A stretch of 64,000 nt of DNA from Candidatus Versatilivorator sp. (GTDB lineage: Bacteria; Acidobacteriota; Terriglobia; Versatilivoradales; Versatilivoraceae): NCBI GenBank assembly GCA_965207735.1, contig OZ242296.1:5200215-5264214 (forward strand), written 5' to 3'. The first letter of the stretch is position 1, and each line of letters begins with the position of its first letter. The position numbers and the translations under genes are program-made. The notes under the pieces were generated by a model. The model saw nothing but the letters and a program-made list of their open reading frames with translations, was not told where the DNA came from and ran no database searches. This document shows, one piece after another, positions 22,501 to 33,238 of this stretch.

Positions 22501-22929
22501 ATGCCCGAGGTCCTAGTTCTCAACCGCCAGCGCCGGCATGCAGTCCCACTGAAACGGCTCCGCCGATTTGCCCTGGGGCTTGCCGGTCGCGCCAGGTCGG
22601 AAGCGTCTGACTTCAGCGTTCTTCTGACCACCGACCGGACCATCCGCCGCTACAACTGTCGCTTTCGAGGCAAGGATGAACCCACCGACGTCCTGTCTTT
22701 CCCGGGGCGGGATTCGCTCCCGGACGGCGTTGACAAACCCTACTTGGGTGATATGATGATTTCCATTGAAACCGCCTATCGACAAGCCCTCACGCGCAAT
22801 CACTCCCTGGAGCGGGAAATCTGCACGCTCATGATTCATGGCTGGCTCCACCTGCTGGGCTTCGACCATGAGCTCGATCGGGGGCAGATGCGCCGCAAGG
22901 AGCTGCGGCTACAGAGAGAACTCCTATGA
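22501..22929 (+). CDS. ybeY: rRNA maturation RNase YbeY
   Basis: PTDVLSF, HGWLHLLGFDH. Confidence 0.93.
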   Translation: MPEVLVLNRQRRHAVPLKRLRRFALGLAGRARSEASDFSVLLTTDRTIRRYNCRFRGKDEPTDVLSFPGRDSLPDGVDKPYLGDMMISIETAYRQALTRNHSLEREICTLMIHGWLHLLGFDHELDRGQMRRKELRLQRELL

Positions 22930-24206
22930 TCACGGTTGGGGTACTGGTGGCAGCCCTCCTCTTCCTGCTGGTCTTGACGCTGCTGTCGACCCTCGAAATG
23001 AGCCTCAGCCGCACCAACAAGGTGGCCATGCGGCTAATGGTGGAAAAGCTTTCTCCCGAGTCCGCGGGGCAGATCAAGCAGTTGATGGACAGCCGCCTGG
23101 AGAGCCAGGCGGACGTCTACGTGGGGATCCAGATCTGCAGCGTTTCCATTGCCATCGTCCTGACCGGATACCTGCACTCGCGTTTCGACAGCTACCTGAC
23201 CACCCTGCCGGCGGCCCTGGGTCTCATGTTTCTGGTGGTGATCATCTTCAGGCAGTTGATTCCGAGGCTCTTCACCTTTCACAAGCCCGAACGGGTGGTC
23301 CTGACCCTGCTACCCAGCTACCGGCTGCTGCGCCCGGTCCTGAAAGTCCTTGCCTTTCCGCTGTCGGCCAGCTTGCGGCTGTTTCGGCGATTCAATGCTC
23401 CCGAGGCCGAGGAGGAAAAAACGGAGCAGCATATCGAGGAGGAAATTCAGGCCTTTATCGACGTGGGACAGGAAGAGGGAATCCTGAAGAAGGGAGAAGA
23501 GGACCTCATTCAGTCGGTGGTGGAATTCGGGGAGACGGTGGCGGGAGACATCATGGTTCCTCGTACCCATATGGTGACCATCAACGTCAAAGCCACGCCC
23601 GAGATGCTCAAGCAGTTGATCACTTCCACCAAGCACTCCCGGGTTCCGGTTTACCGGGACCATGTCGAAAACATCGAGGGATTTGTCTATCTGAAGGACC
23701 TGATCGACATCTGGGACAGTCCGGTGACCGACGACAGCCTGGAGAGCCTGGTGCGGCCTATCCAATTCGTTCCCGAAACCAAACGGGTTGCCGAGTTGCT
23801 GGCGGAATTGCAGCGGAAGTCCTCCCACATGGCCATTGTGGTCGACGAGCACGGAGGAGTGGCCGGGTTGGTGACCATCGAGGATATCCTGGAGGAGATT
23901 GCAGGCGAGATCCATGACGAAGACGAGGTCGCGGAGAATTCGCCGCTGGTCAGGGACGCCAACGGTTCCTACCTCATTCCGGGGAATACGGCGATCCAGG
24001 AGGTTGAGGACCTGTTTCACATCAGGCTGCACAGTGAAGAGACCACCACCGTGGCCGGTTTCCTCACCACGGTGTTCGGCAGGGTCCCCCGCAAGGGGGA
24101 GAAGTACGACACCCAGGGAGTTGTGTTCGAGGTGCAGGAAGCCGACCACCGCAGAATCAGCAAGTTGCTTGCCCGGCAGACCGCCCCGCCGCAGCTCCGA
24201 GGGTGA
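22926..24206 (+). CDS. HlyC/CorC family CBS-domain transporter
   Basis: CNNM-type TM region, IMVPR, HSRVPVY, VDEHGG...TIEDILEEIAGEI. Confidence 0.92.
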   Translation: MITVGVLVAALLFLLVLTLLSTLEMSLSRTNKVAMRLMVEKLSPESAGQIKQLMDSRLESQADVYVGIQICSVSIAIVLTGYLHSRFDSYLTTLPAALGLMFLVVIIFRQLIPRLFTFHKPERVVLTLLPSYRLLRPVLKVLAFPLSASLRLFRRFNAPEAEEEKTEQHIEEEIQAFIDVGQEEGILKKGEEDLIQSVVEFGETVAGDIMVPRTHMVTINVKATPEMLKQLITSTKHSRVPVYRDHVENIEGFVYLKDLIDIWDSPVTDDSLESLVRPIQFVPETKRVAELLAELQRKSSHMAIVVDEHGGVAGLVTIEDILEEIAGEIHDEDEVAENSPLVRDANGSYLIPGNTAIQEVEDLFHIRLHSEETTTVAGFLTTVFGRVPRKGEKYDTQGVVFEVQEADHRRISKLLARQTAPPQLRG

Positions 24207-24236
24207 GGAGTGCTCCCCGGAACAAGGACGACGCCC

Positions 24237-25196
24237 ATGACAACCAAGGAAGACCTCCCGGTTCAAGTGCTTTCCCCCGGAGATTCGCTCCCCAAGGCGG
24301 AGGGGCCCGGGTTCAAGTCGGGATTCGTGACCCTGATCGGCCGTCCCAATTCCGGCAAATCCACCTTGCTCAACCACCTGTTGGGGGAGAAGGTCTCCAT
24401 CGTCTCGGACAAGCCTCAAACCACCCGGCACAAGATTCTGGGTATCCACACCCGAGCGGAAGGGCAGATCGTCTTTGCCGATACTCCGGGAATTCACAAA
24501 CCGGGCTATGAATTGAACCGGCGTATGATGCGGGCGGTTTACGATGCTCTGGAGGGAATCGATTTGCTGCTGGCCATGGTGGACGTCACGGCCGCCTTCG
24601 GTTCCGGCGCCCGCTACCTGCTGGAACTGATCCGGCAGCGCGGGCTGTCTACGCTGCTGCTTCTTAACAAGATCGACCTGCTGGCCAAGGCCAGGTTGCT
24701 TCCGCTCATGGATTTCTATGCCAGGCAGTTTCAATTTGCCGAAATTATCCCCGTGTCCGCCTTGAAGGGGGACAACCTGGACCTGCTGCTGGAACAGATC
24801 CTGAAGTACCTGCCTCCGGGACCTGCCTATTTCCCCGACTCCCAGTTTACCGATTCTCCGGAGCGCTTTCTGGCGGCCGAAATGGTTCGGGAGAAGGTGG
24901 TCAGGCATACTGAAAAGGAACTTCCCTATTCCACGATCGTTGTGCTGAACCGATTCGAGGAAGACGAAGAGGCGCCCAGGGTTCGGATCTATTGCGACAT
25001 CTGTGTGGAGAGAGAGTCCCAAAGAAAGATCGTCATTGGACGTCAGGGACAGAAGCTGAAAACCATCGGCACGGCGGCCCGCAAAGACATTGAACGCCTG
25101 CTGGGCAAACCGGTCTATCTGGATTTGTTCGTCAAGGTGAGACCTAAATGGCGTGACGATCCTCGGTTTCTGGACAGCGAGCTGGAGGCTCGCTAA
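24237..25196 (+). CDS. era: GTPase Era
   Basis: GRPNSGKSTL, KPQTTR, DTPG, NKID, KH domain. Confidence 0.97.
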   Translation: MTTKEDLPVQVLSPGDSLPKAEGPGFKSGFVTLIGRPNSGKSTLLNHLLGEKVSIVSDKPQTTRHKILGIHTRAEGQIVFADTPGIHKPGYELNRRMMRAVYDALEGIDLLLAMVDVTAAFGSGARYLLELIRQRGLSTLLLLNKIDLLAKARLLPLMDFYARQFQFAEIIPVSALKGDNLDLLLEQILKYLPPGPAYFPDSQFTDSPERFLAAEMVREKVVRHTEKELPYSTIVVLNRFEEDEEAPRVRIYCDICVERESQRKIVIGRQGQKLKTIGTAARKDIERLLGKPVYLDLFVKVRPKWRDDPRFLDSELEAR

Positions 25197-25265
25197 ATGT
25201 CAATCCCCCCGTCCGCCCATTTCCCGCCGGTGGATTAACCCCGGTTCTTTCGTGATCCGTCCGGA

Positions 25266-25901
25266 ATGAAAGTCAACGAGATCTATCGCAGCATCCAGGG
25301 AGAGTCCTCCTATGCGGGGCTCCCCTGCGTGTTTGTGAGGCTGACCTACTGCAACCTGCGGTGTTCCTATTGCGACACCGAGTACGCGTTTTACGAGGGC
25401 GAGGACTTCACTGTTGAAGAGGTCTTGAGGGAGGTTCAGTCTTTCGACTGTCACCTGGTCGAGATCACCGGGGGGGAACCGTTGCTGCAGGAGGAGGTCT
25501 TTCCGCTCATGGACGAGCTGGTCGGCAGAGGCTACACGGTGCTGCTGGAGACCGGCGGCAGCCTGGATGTCGGCCGGGTCAATCCCAAGGTCATCAAGAT
25601 TCTGGACTTGAAGTGCCCCGGCAGCGGCGAATCGCAGCGCAACCTCTACTCCAATCTGGCCAAGCTTCAGTCCTGGGATGAAGTGAAGTTCGTGATCGGC
25701 GATCGAGCCGACTACCTGTGGGCCAGGCAGGCCTTGCAGGAGCACCAACTCACCGACCGCTGCTCGGTCCTCTTCTCGACCGTCTTTGGAAAGCTGCCCC
25801 CGCGCCAATTGGCGGACTGGCTCCTGGCGGACAACCTGAAGGTGCGCCTGCAGTTGCAGATGCACAAGTACATCTGGGAGCCGGAGGTCAGAGGGGTTTA
25901 A
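25266..25901 (+). CDS. queE: 7-carboxy-7-deazaguanine synthase QueE
   Basis: SIQGE, CNLRCSYCDT, ITGGEPL, LQMHKYIW. Confidence 0.9.
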   Translation: MKVNEIYRSIQGESSYAGLPCVFVRLTYCNLRCSYCDTEYAFYEGEDFTVEEVLREVQSFDCHLVEITGGEPLLQEEVFPLMDELVGRGYTVLLETGGSLDVGRVNPKVIKILDLKCPGSGESQRNLYSNLAKLQSWDEVKFVIGDRADYLWARQALQEHQLTDRCSVLFSTVFGKLPPRQLADWLLADNLKVRLQLQMHKYIWEPEVRGV

Positions 25902-26947
25902 AAGGAGGGGACGGCGTAGTAGCCCTTTCGGCTCTTCACCTTCAGGTTCTTGATTCGATTGCTCTCCACGTAGACTCGAATCCTGCGGAAGGAGACCGTG
26001 TCGGGCAAGGTGTTGGGAATGTAGCCCAACACGTACTGGTTTCTGGCCGACCGGGTGATGATCGGATAGGTCCTGGCCAGGCGGTCGGTCTTGAACGGAA
26101 AGAGCATCTCGCCGCCGGTGGCGTCGGCATACTTGGCGACAGAGCCTCCCGTGAGAACGGATCTCACCGGAGTAATCCCGTAGACCGCGATTTCAGCCCT
26201 CAGCAGGGCCTCCAGAGTGTCCTCGTAGGAGTTGCGGTTGCCGGGGGCGTTGCGACCCTCCGAAATAATGAGGATCATCTTGCGCCTTTCGCGCGAGCGC
26301 CGGCGCCTCAAGGCCTGGACAGCGGCGAACACGGCGTCGTGAATATGGGTGTTCCAGGTCTTGGACGGTTGCACCCTGCCCCGAGCGTTATCCAGCTCGA
26401 TGCCCCCCAGAGTCGTTTTCCCCGAGAAGGGTCCACTGGTTAGCCCCGGAGAATGGGGCTCCCAGTTGATCCTGCTTCTCAAGGCTTCCAGAACCTTGCG
26501 CTTGTCCAGGGTGAAGTCCAGGAGCTTGTCCGGGGTGTGGTCGAACTTGAAAACAGCGACTTCGTCGAAGGCGCTGAAGGACTCGATCAGGGCCAGCAGA
26601 GTGGATTCCAGCCTCGACTGGGCCTGAGAGTTCAGGGTGCGGTCGATCAGCAGCACGGCCGAAAGCGGAAGCGGGTCCGAGGAGAAATAGGTGAGTCTCT
26701 GAAGCACCTCCTCCTCAAAGACTCGAAAGTCTTCCTTCTCCAGTCCGTAGAGCGGTTGGTCGTTGCTGTCCCGCACGGAAACCGGCACCAGCACCAGGTT
26801 GACCGGGATCCTTAGCGTGAAGGAGTCCTCCCCTGTCCCGCCGCCCTCTGAGGACTGGGCCAACAGTCGGGGACCCGTCGACAGGCATAGAGCAATCAGG
26901 CACGCAACGATGGCGAGTCCTGGCGACCTGGTTTGCGGCTTCGGCAT
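25898..26947 (-). CDS. VWFA-related Acidobacterial domain protein
   Basis: VNLVLVPVSV...L.KEDF.VFE, QYVLGY, KSRKGYYA. Confidence 0.85.
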   Translation of the reverse strand: MPKPQTRSPGLAIVACLIALCLSTGPRLLAQSSEGGGTGEDSFTLRIPVNLVLVPVSVRDSNDQPLYGLEKEDFRVFEEEVLQRLTYFSSDPLPLSAVLLIDRTLNSQAQSRLESTLLALIESFSAFDEVAVFKFDHTPDKLLDFTLDKRKVLEALRSRINWEPHSPGLTSGPFSGKTTLGGIELDNARGRVQPSKTWNTHIHDAVFAAVQALRRRRSRERRKMILIISEGRNAPGNRNSYEDTLEALLRAEIAVYGITPVRSVLTGGSVAKYADATGGEMLFPFKTDRLARTYPIITRSARNQYVLGYIPNTLPDTVSFRRIRVYVESNRIKNLKVKSRKGYYAVPSF

Positions 26948-26993
26948 GGTGCAATTGCCCTGACGGGTGTTCTGTGTCAGAAGGTTGGCAACC

Positions 26994-27992
26994 CTATTTC
27001 TGAGACAGGACACTAGAGGGCGCGTAGTATCCCTTCCGGTACTGCAGCTTGACCTTCTTTCCTTTGACATTGATCTTGATTCGACGGAAGGCGCCATCGC
27101 GGCTGGAGTTGGTGGAGCGGTAAGCCACCGCGTATTGGCTTCGCAGTTCCTCCGAAACTCGAAAGAAGCTCATGGCCAGGTCGTCGATCTTGGGTGGGAA
27201 GTAGGCTCTGCCACCGGTGGACTCGGCCAGACGCTTGAGGATCTTGTCCTGCTTGGGCTGCGCCATCCCGAAAAATCCGCTGTTGTTGGTGCTGATGGTG
27301 TAAATGGATATTTCCGACCGCTGAGCGATGGCTATGGACGAGTCCAGGGTTTCATAGCTCATGTTGTCGTCGCCGTCACCGATAAGGACCAGGATCCGTC
27401 TCGGCGCGGTCAGCCCTGCCAGTTTCTCCTGGCAAGCGAGCTGAATGGCATCGTACATCTTGGTGCCGCCGCCGATTCTCACCGACTTGACGGCCTTGGA
27501 CAATCTGTCGGGATCGTCCACGAAGTCCTGCAGCACGTCGACGGTGGAGTCAAAGGTCATCAACAGCCCTTTGTCCCGCTTGCGCTCTATCGTGTTGTGG
27601 AAGAAGTCGATGGCTGCCTCCTGCTGCACTTTGAGGCTGGCCCTGGCGCTGGAGCTGGTGTCCATCAGCAGGACGACAGCCAGCGGCTGATCCGATTCCC
27701 GGGAAAAATTGGTGATGGTCTGCAGTCGGCCATCCTCGAAGACCCTGACACGGTCTCGGGTCAGGTCCGGAACCAGGTTCCCTCTCTTGTCCCGGGCAGT
27801 GAAGAGGACGTTGACAAGGTCGACGTCGATCTGAATCTTTTCCTTGGGGCCCTCGGAGACTCCCGCGCCGGCACCGCTCCCGCTTTGGGCCGGGACCTGT
27901 GAGCAGAAGACCGCCAGCCAGGCCGGCAGGAGCAAGCCGGTCAGGACTGCCCGCCACAAGATACCGGGGCGATCATGGCGCAAATAGTTCAT
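26994..27992 (-). CDS. VWFA-related Acidobacterial domain protein
   Basis: MIDAS DTSSS, DGDDN, ESTGGRAYF, RKGYYA. Confidence 0.88.
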   Translation of the reverse strand: MNYLRHDRPGILWRAVLTGLLLPAWLAVFCSQVPAQSGSGAGAGVSEGPKEKIQIDVDLVNVLFTARDKRGNLVPDLTRDRVRVFEDGRLQTITNFSRESDQPLAVVLLMDTSSSARASLKVQQEAAIDFFHNTIERKRDKGLLMTFDSTVDVLQDFVDDPDRLSKAVKSVRIGGGTKMYDAIQLACQEKLAGLTAPRRILVLIGDGDDNMSYETLDSSIAIAQRSEISIYTISTNNSGFFGMAQPKQDKILKRLAESTGGRAYFPPKIDDLAMSFFRVSEELRSQYAVAYRSTNSSRDGAFRRIKINVKGKKVKLQYRKGYYAPSSVLSQK

Positions 27993-28023
27993 GGGAAAAG
28001 TATAAAGGGGAGGCTTGCAGCCG

Positions 28024-28986
28024 TCAACCGGCCCGCAGATGCTCCAGAAAGCGTTGCAGTTCCTCCGGCAGAGGGGAGGAGAACTCCAGTGGAGTCAGTT
28101 GGCGGGGGTGGTGAAATTTCAGGAAGGCGGCGTGGAGAAAGTTCCGTCCCAACCGGGGGAGGGGGCGCTGCGGTTCACCGGCGAGAATGCGGACCGGAGC
28201 CCCATAGAGGGTGTCGCCCACCACGGGGTGTTTCTCCGAGCTGAGGTGGACCCGGATCTGGTGAGTGCGGCCGGTCTTGAGGTTCAACTCCAGCAGGGTA
28301 AGCCTGGGAAATCTCTCCAGGACCCGATAGGCGGTGTGGGCCGGCCGGGCCTGCCTGGTCCGGGTCGTCATCCTGATGCGGCGGACCCTGTCCCGGCCAA
28401 TAGCGCTCCGGATCTCGCCGGTTTCCCGTTGAACCGCGCCGTGCACCAGGGCGATGTATTTCTTGGTTACCTGTCTGGTCTGGAACTGCCGGGCCAGCCG
28501 GTGATGGCTGAAATCGTTCCTGGCGACCACCATTAGCCCCGAGGTGTGCTTGTCGAGGCGGTGCACAATGCCGGGCCGCTCGCCGCCTCCCGCCTCGGAG
28601 AGAGTCCGAAACCGATATAGCAGGGCATTCACCAGCGTGCCGGTCCGTACCCCGGCTCCCTGATGGACGACCATCCCGGCCCGCTTGTCGACCACGGCCA
28701 GGTCATCGTCCTCGTAGACGATCTCCAGCGGAATGGGCTCCGCCTCCAATGCGCTGGGAGCGGGGGAAACCGGGCGAACACGGATCTCTTCGCCACCCTT
28801 GATTCGGTAACCGGACTTGCAGGGGCTTCCGCCGATCAGCACCTGGCCGGTTTGAATCAGTCCCTGAATCTGCGCCCGGCTCCGTTCGGGAAGATGGTGC
28901 TGCAGGAATCGATCCAGGCGGTTTCCGAGGTCGTCTGCCCGGGGGCGAAGCTTCAGCTCCGGAGTGGGATTGGGTGGGCGGCTCAT
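28024..28986 (-). CDS. rluD: RluA/RluD family pseudouridine synthase
   Basis: S4 domain, GIVHRLDKHTSG, TGRTHQIRVH. Confidence 0.9.
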   Translation of the reverse strand: MSRPPNPTPELKLRPRADDLGNRLDRFLQHHLPERSRAQIQGLIQTGQVLIGGSPCKSGYRIKGGEEIRVRPVSPAPSALEAEPIPLEIVYEDDDLAVVDKRAGMVVHQGAGVRTGTLVNALLYRFRTLSEAGGGERPGIVHRLDKHTSGLMVVARNDFSHHRLARQFQTRQVTKKYIALVHGAVQRETGEIRSAIGRDRVRRIRMTTRTRQARPAHTAYRVLERFPRLTLLELNLKTGRTHQIRVHLSSEKHPVVGDTLYGAPVRILAGEPQRPLPRLGRNFLHAAFLKFHHPRQLTPLEFSSPLPEELQRFLEHLRAG

Positions 28987-29027
28987 GCGGTTCGCCCTCA
29001 CCGGCTGGAGGTGTTCACAGCAGCGGG

Positions 29028-29825
29028 TCAACCAGCCGAGGCTGTACGATGGCGCTGTCTCAGCACCAGGAAAAGTACCGCTGCCGCGGGGAACAGAAGC
29101 AACCCGATGAACTGAGAGGTGGACAGCAAGCCGCCGAAGACAAATCCACGGCCGGCGTCTCCTCGAAAGAACTCGATGACAAAGCGGGAGGCTGCATATC
29201 CCACCAGGTAGAGAATAAATACCTGGCCGTCGAATCGCTTTCTGCTCAAGCTCAACCACAACAGACCGAACAGCGCCAGGTTGGCGCCCGCCTGGTAGAG
29301 TTGGGCAGGATGCAGCGCAACCTCCAGGGGAACCCCAACCACCTGGTGGCTGTAGGGGTCGCTGAAGACGATACCCCAGGGTTGGGAGGTGGGCTTGCCG
29401 TGGCAGCATCCGGCCGAGAAACATCCCAATCTCCCAATGGCCTGGCCCAGGGCGATTCCGGGAGAGCAGAGGTCGGCAACCTTCCAGACCGGGAGACCTT
29501 TTCGCCAACTCATCCAGATCCCGGCGATGGCCGCCAGGATGAACCCCCCGTAGTACACCCCACCGGAACGAAGTGTGGCCAGAGAGAGAATTTCGCCTGG
29601 ATGGTCGGCATAGTAGCGAAATTCGGTCACCAGAAAGAGGAGCTTGGCTCCAAGCAGCGCCGAGATGGCGATGGTGACTCCCAGATCGTAGACGGCCGCT
29701 TTGTCGATGCCTTCTCGTTCCGCGGCCCGGGCACTGAACCACAGTGCGGTCAGGAAGGCCAATGCCAGCAGGAATCCATAGGTGTGAAGCGGAAAGTAGC
29801 CGAAGTCCAGCAGTATGGGGAACAA
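29028..29825 (-). CDS. lgt: Prolipoprotein diacylglyceryl transferase
   Basis: GQAIGRLGCF, HPAQLY, RFVIEFFR. Confidence 0.93.
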   Translation of the reverse strand: MFPILLDFGYFPLHTYGFLLALAFLTALWFSARAAEREGIDKAAVYDLGVTIAISALLGAKLLFLVTEFRYYADHPGEILSLATLRSGGVYYGGFILAAIAGIWMSWRKGLPVWKVADLCSPGIALGQAIGRLGCFSAGCCHGKPTSQPWGIVFSDPYSHQVVGVPLEVALHPAQLYQAGANLALFGLLWLSLSRKRFDGQVFILYLVGYAASRFVIEFFRGDAGRGFVFGGLLSTSQFIGLLLFPAAAVLFLVLRQRHRTASAG

Positions 29826-29836
29826 GGGAGGTCCTC

Positions 29837-30340
29837 TCAGGAACCCGTTCCGGGAGCACTTGCCCCCGCGTCGGATTCCTGGGTCAGAGTCTCAATCAGG
29901 AACAGGCCGATCCCGATGGTGATGGCGGAGTCGGCCAGATTGAAGGTGGGCCAGTGATAGCTCCCATAGAACACATCGATGAAGTCGGTCACGTAGCCAT
30001 AGGAGAGACGGTCATGGAGATTGCCGGCCGCGCCGCCCAGAATCAGCATCAGTCCCCACTGCAGCCGGCCGTGGCTGACCGAATTGCGCAGGGCGAATCC
30101 CAGGATGAGCAGGAAGGCCAGAATGGAGACTGCCGCCAGCCCGACCGGGACCCAGGGCGAAGCCGAGCCGCTGAGGATGCCAAAGGCCATGCCCGTGTTC
30201 CGGGTGTGGGTGAGCTCGAGAAAGCCGGGGATGACCGTCTTGATCTCATAGAGTCCCAGGCCCTCTTCGATCAGTTGCTTGGTCAGGCGGTCGCTCACAA
30301 ACACGCCAAGAGCAATCAGGAAGTAAGCAAGCCGTTTCAT
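29837..30340 (-). CDS. lspA: Signal peptidase II
   Basis: NTGMAFG, GNLHDR, VTDFI, FNLADSAI. Confidence 0.95.
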   Translation of the reverse strand: MKRLAYFLIALGVFVSDRLTKQLIEEGLGLYEIKTVIPGFLELTHTRNTGMAFGILSGSASPWVPVGLAAVSILAFLLILGFALRNSVSHGRLQWGLMLILGGAAGNLHDRLSYGYVTDFIDVFYGSYHWPTFNLADSAITIGIGLFLIETLTQESDAGASAPGTGS

Positions 30341-30394
30341 GGGGCAGGGTGGCCGCATGGGCCGGGTTGACCCGAAATGACAGGCGCCGGTCGA

Positions 30395-33238
30395 TCAGGG
30401 CGCCGCCATGCCCGGGTCGAACTGGTCGGGTGTCACACCGAGTTCCTTGAGTGTGGAGGAACACTTGAGGCAGACCGCCGGGAAATCGGGATCGCTTCCG
30501 ACTCCGGGGGAGTAGATCCAGCAGCGCTGGCATTTCCCCCCCTCGGCGCGGCTCACCGAAGCCCGCAGTCCCTCCGCTTCCTCGAAAAAGGGCGCCTCTG
30601 CCGATGGAGCGTCCAACTCCACCTGAGACACGATGAAAAGCGCCGGCAGCATGGCTTCGTAACGCTTGAGGACTGGAGCGTAGCCGTCTTCCCCGGACAG
30701 CGTGACCTTGGCTTCCAGGGAATTTCCGATGAACTTGGCCTGGCGGGCCTCCTCCAGGACCTTCAGCACGGTGGAGCGAACCCGGATGAGCACCTGCCAG
30801 TTGTCCAACTGTTTCAGCGATTGGGAAGACAGTCCTTCGATCAAGCTGTCGGCGGGGACAAAGCGCGCCAAATGCACGCTCGCCGGTCTCTCAGCCGTGG
30901 CTGAGAGGTGCTCCCAGATTTCCTCGCAGGTAAAGCTGTAGATGGGAGCCAGCGCCCGGGTCAACGCTTCCAGGACGCGGTAGAGGGCGGTCTGGGACGA
31001 TCGCCTCGGATGCGCATCGGGCGCCGCCGTATAGAGCCTGTCCTTGAGGACGTCGAAGTAGAACGAGCTCAGCTCGACGGTCAGGAAATCGTAGACCCGG
31101 TGGTAGATCCGGTGGAATTCATAAGTCTCGTACCAACCGTAAATCTCCTCCAGCAGCTGGCTGGTCCGCATCAGGGCCCACTGGTCCAGCTCTTCCAGGT
31201 CGGGTGTCGCCACCGAATGCTCACCCGGCGAGAAATCCGAGAGGTTGCCCAGCATGAATCGAGCGGTGTTGCGGAACTTGCGGTAACCGTCGGAAAGTCG
31301 GCGAATCAGATCGGGAGAGATCCGAATGTCCTCCCTGAAGTCGCTGGCCGCCACCCAGAGCCGCAGAATCTCGGCGCCGTCCTTCCCGACGATCTTTTGC
31401 GGCTCGATCACGTTACCCCGCGATTTGGACATGGCGCGCCCCTGGGCATCCAGAGTCCATCCGTGGGTCAGGACCTGCCGGTAGGGAGCTCCCTGCCTGG
31501 TAGCGACGCCGACCAGCAGGGAACTGTGGAACCAGCCCCGGTACTGGTCGCTGCCTTCCAGGTAGATATCGGCGGGCCAGGGGACATCGGGGCGGTGGCC
31601 CAGCACCGACGCCTGGCTGGCTCCCGAGTCGAACCAGACATCCAGAATGTCGTATTCCTTGCGAAACCGGTCCCCCCCGCACCCGGAGCAGCGGGTGCCG
31701 GGCGGCAAGAGGGCATCGACAGGGCGGCTGAACCAGGCATCCGCCCCTTCCTCCTCGAAAATGGCCACCACGCGGTCGATGATCTCCGGCTCCAGCAGCG
31801 GCTCCTGGCAGGTGTCACAGTAGAAGGCGGTAATGGGAACTCCCCAGACCCGCTGCCGGGACACGCACCAGTCGGGACGGTTGGCGATCATGCCGGAGAT
31901 GCGCTCCCGCCCCCATTCCGGAAGCCAGCCAACGCCCTGGATGGCCTCCAGGGATTTCTCCCTGAGGTTGCGGTGTTCCATGGAGACGAACCATTGGGGC
32001 GTGGCTCGGAAGATGACGGGCTTGTGGCAGCGCCAGCAGTGCGGATAGGAGTGAGAGATGGTCTCGGCCGCAAGCAAGGCCCCTCGATCGCCCAGCAGTT
32101 GCAGGACCGTCCCATTGGCATCGAATACGCGCATTCCCTCCACGTGGGGAGTGCCGGCCACGAACCGCCCTCCGCCGTCTACCGGGCAGTAGATGTCCAG
32201 ATCGTGGGCTTTTCCCAGGGCATAGTCTTCGTGGCCGTGGCCGGGAGCCGTGTGCACGCAGCCGGTTCCCTGCTCCAGGGTGACGTGATCGCCCGGCAGA
32301 CCGGGGGAGAGGCGGTCCAGGAAGGGATGGCGCGCCACGAGGTTGGCAAGCCGTCTGCCTTCCATGGCGGCCAGGGTCGGGCCGGGCTTGAATCCGCAGG
32401 CCGCGGCCGTGGACGCCACCAGTTCGGAGGCGATCAGAAAGACCTCGTCTCCGACCTCCACGGCCGAATACTCCAGATTGGGATTGAAGGCGATGGCCAG
32501 GTTGGCCGGCAGTGTCCACGGGGTGGTCGTCCAGATCACCACCGCCACCTTCCTGTCCTTCAGAGCCGGATGCAACAGGGAAGGATCCGACTTCAAGGGA
32601 AACTTGACGTAGATGGAGGGGCTGGTGTGGTCCTCGTATTCGACCTCGGCCTCCGCCAGAGCCGTCCGGCAGGAGCAGCACCAGTGGACGGGCTTCAGTC
32701 CCTTGTAGACGTATCCCCCTTTCACGAATTGGCCGAAAGTGCGGGCGATGGCAGCCTCGTACCGGTGGCTCATGGTGAGATAGGGTGCGTTCCAATCTCC
32801 GAGGATGCCCAGCCGAATGAACTCCTTTCTCTGCAGATCCACAAACCTGGTGGCGTACTGCCGGCATTCCCGGCGGATCTGGACAGGGGTCATGCCGGCC
32901 TTTTTCCGGCCGAGCACCTGGTCGACCTTGATCTCGATCGGCAGTCCGTGGCAGTCCCATCCGGGGATATAAGGCGCGTTGAATCCGGCCATTGTTCTGG
33001 ACTTGACGATGAAATCCTTGAGAATCTTGTTCTCGGCGTGGCCGATATGGATGTTGCCGTTGGCGTAAGGAGGACCGTCGTGCAAGAGGAACACCGGACT
33101 TCCGGCCCTGAGGTCACGAATTTTCCGGTACAGTTGGAGTTGGTCCCAGCGTTCCAGGATGCGAGGCTCCAGGGTGGGGAGTCTGGCCTTCATCGGAAAG
33201 CCGGTTCGGGGCAGATTGATGGTGTCCTTCAGTTTCAT
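30395..33238 (-). CDS. ileS: Isoleucine--tRNA ligase
   Basis: DGPPYANGNIHIGH, GWDCHGLP, AMSKS, C-terminal Zn finger. Confidence 0.98.
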   Translation of the reverse strand: MKLKDTINLPRTGFPMKARLPTLEPRILERWDQLQLYRKIRDLRAGSPVFLLHDGPPYANGNIHIGHAENKILKDFIVKSRTMAGFNAPYIPGWDCHGLPIEIKVDQVLGRKKAGMTPVQIRRECRQYATRFVDLQRKEFIRLGILGDWNAPYLTMSHRYEAAIARTFGQFVKGGYVYKGLKPVHWCCSCRTALAEAEVEYEDHTSPSIYVKFPLKSDPSLLHPALKDRKVAVVIWTTTPWTLPANLAIAFNPNLEYSAVEVGDEVFLIASELVASTAAACGFKPGPTLAAMEGRRLANLVARHPFLDRLSPGLPGDHVTLEQGTGCVHTAPGHGHEDYALGKAHDLDIYCPVDGGGRFVAGTPHVEGMRVFDANGTVLQLLGDRGALLAAETISHSYPHCWRCHKPVIFRATPQWFVSMEHRNLREKSLEAIQGVGWLPEWGRERISGMIANRPDWCVSRQRVWGVPITAFYCDTCQEPLLEPEIIDRVVAIFEEEGADAWFSRPVDALLPPGTRCSGCGGDRFRKEYDILDVWFDSGASQASVLGHRPDVPWPADIYLEGSDQYRGWFHSSLLVGVATRQGAPYRQVLTHGWTLDAQGRAMSKSRGNVIEPQKIVGKDGAEILRLWVAASDFREDIRISPDLIRRLSDGYRKFRNTARFMLGNLSDFSPGEHSVATPDLEELDQWALMRTSQLLEEIYGWYETYEFHRIYHRVYDFLTVELSSFYFDVLKDRLYTAAPDAHPRRSSQTALYRVLEALTRALAPIYSFTCEEIWEHLSATAERPASVHLARFVPADSLIEGLSSQSLKQLDNWQVLIRVRSTVLKVLEEARQAKFIGNSLEAKVTLSGEDGYAPVLKRYEAMLPALFIVSQVELDAPSAEAPFFEEAEGLRASVSRAEGGKCQRCWIYSPGVGSDPDFPAVCLKCSSTLKELGVTPDQFDPGMAAP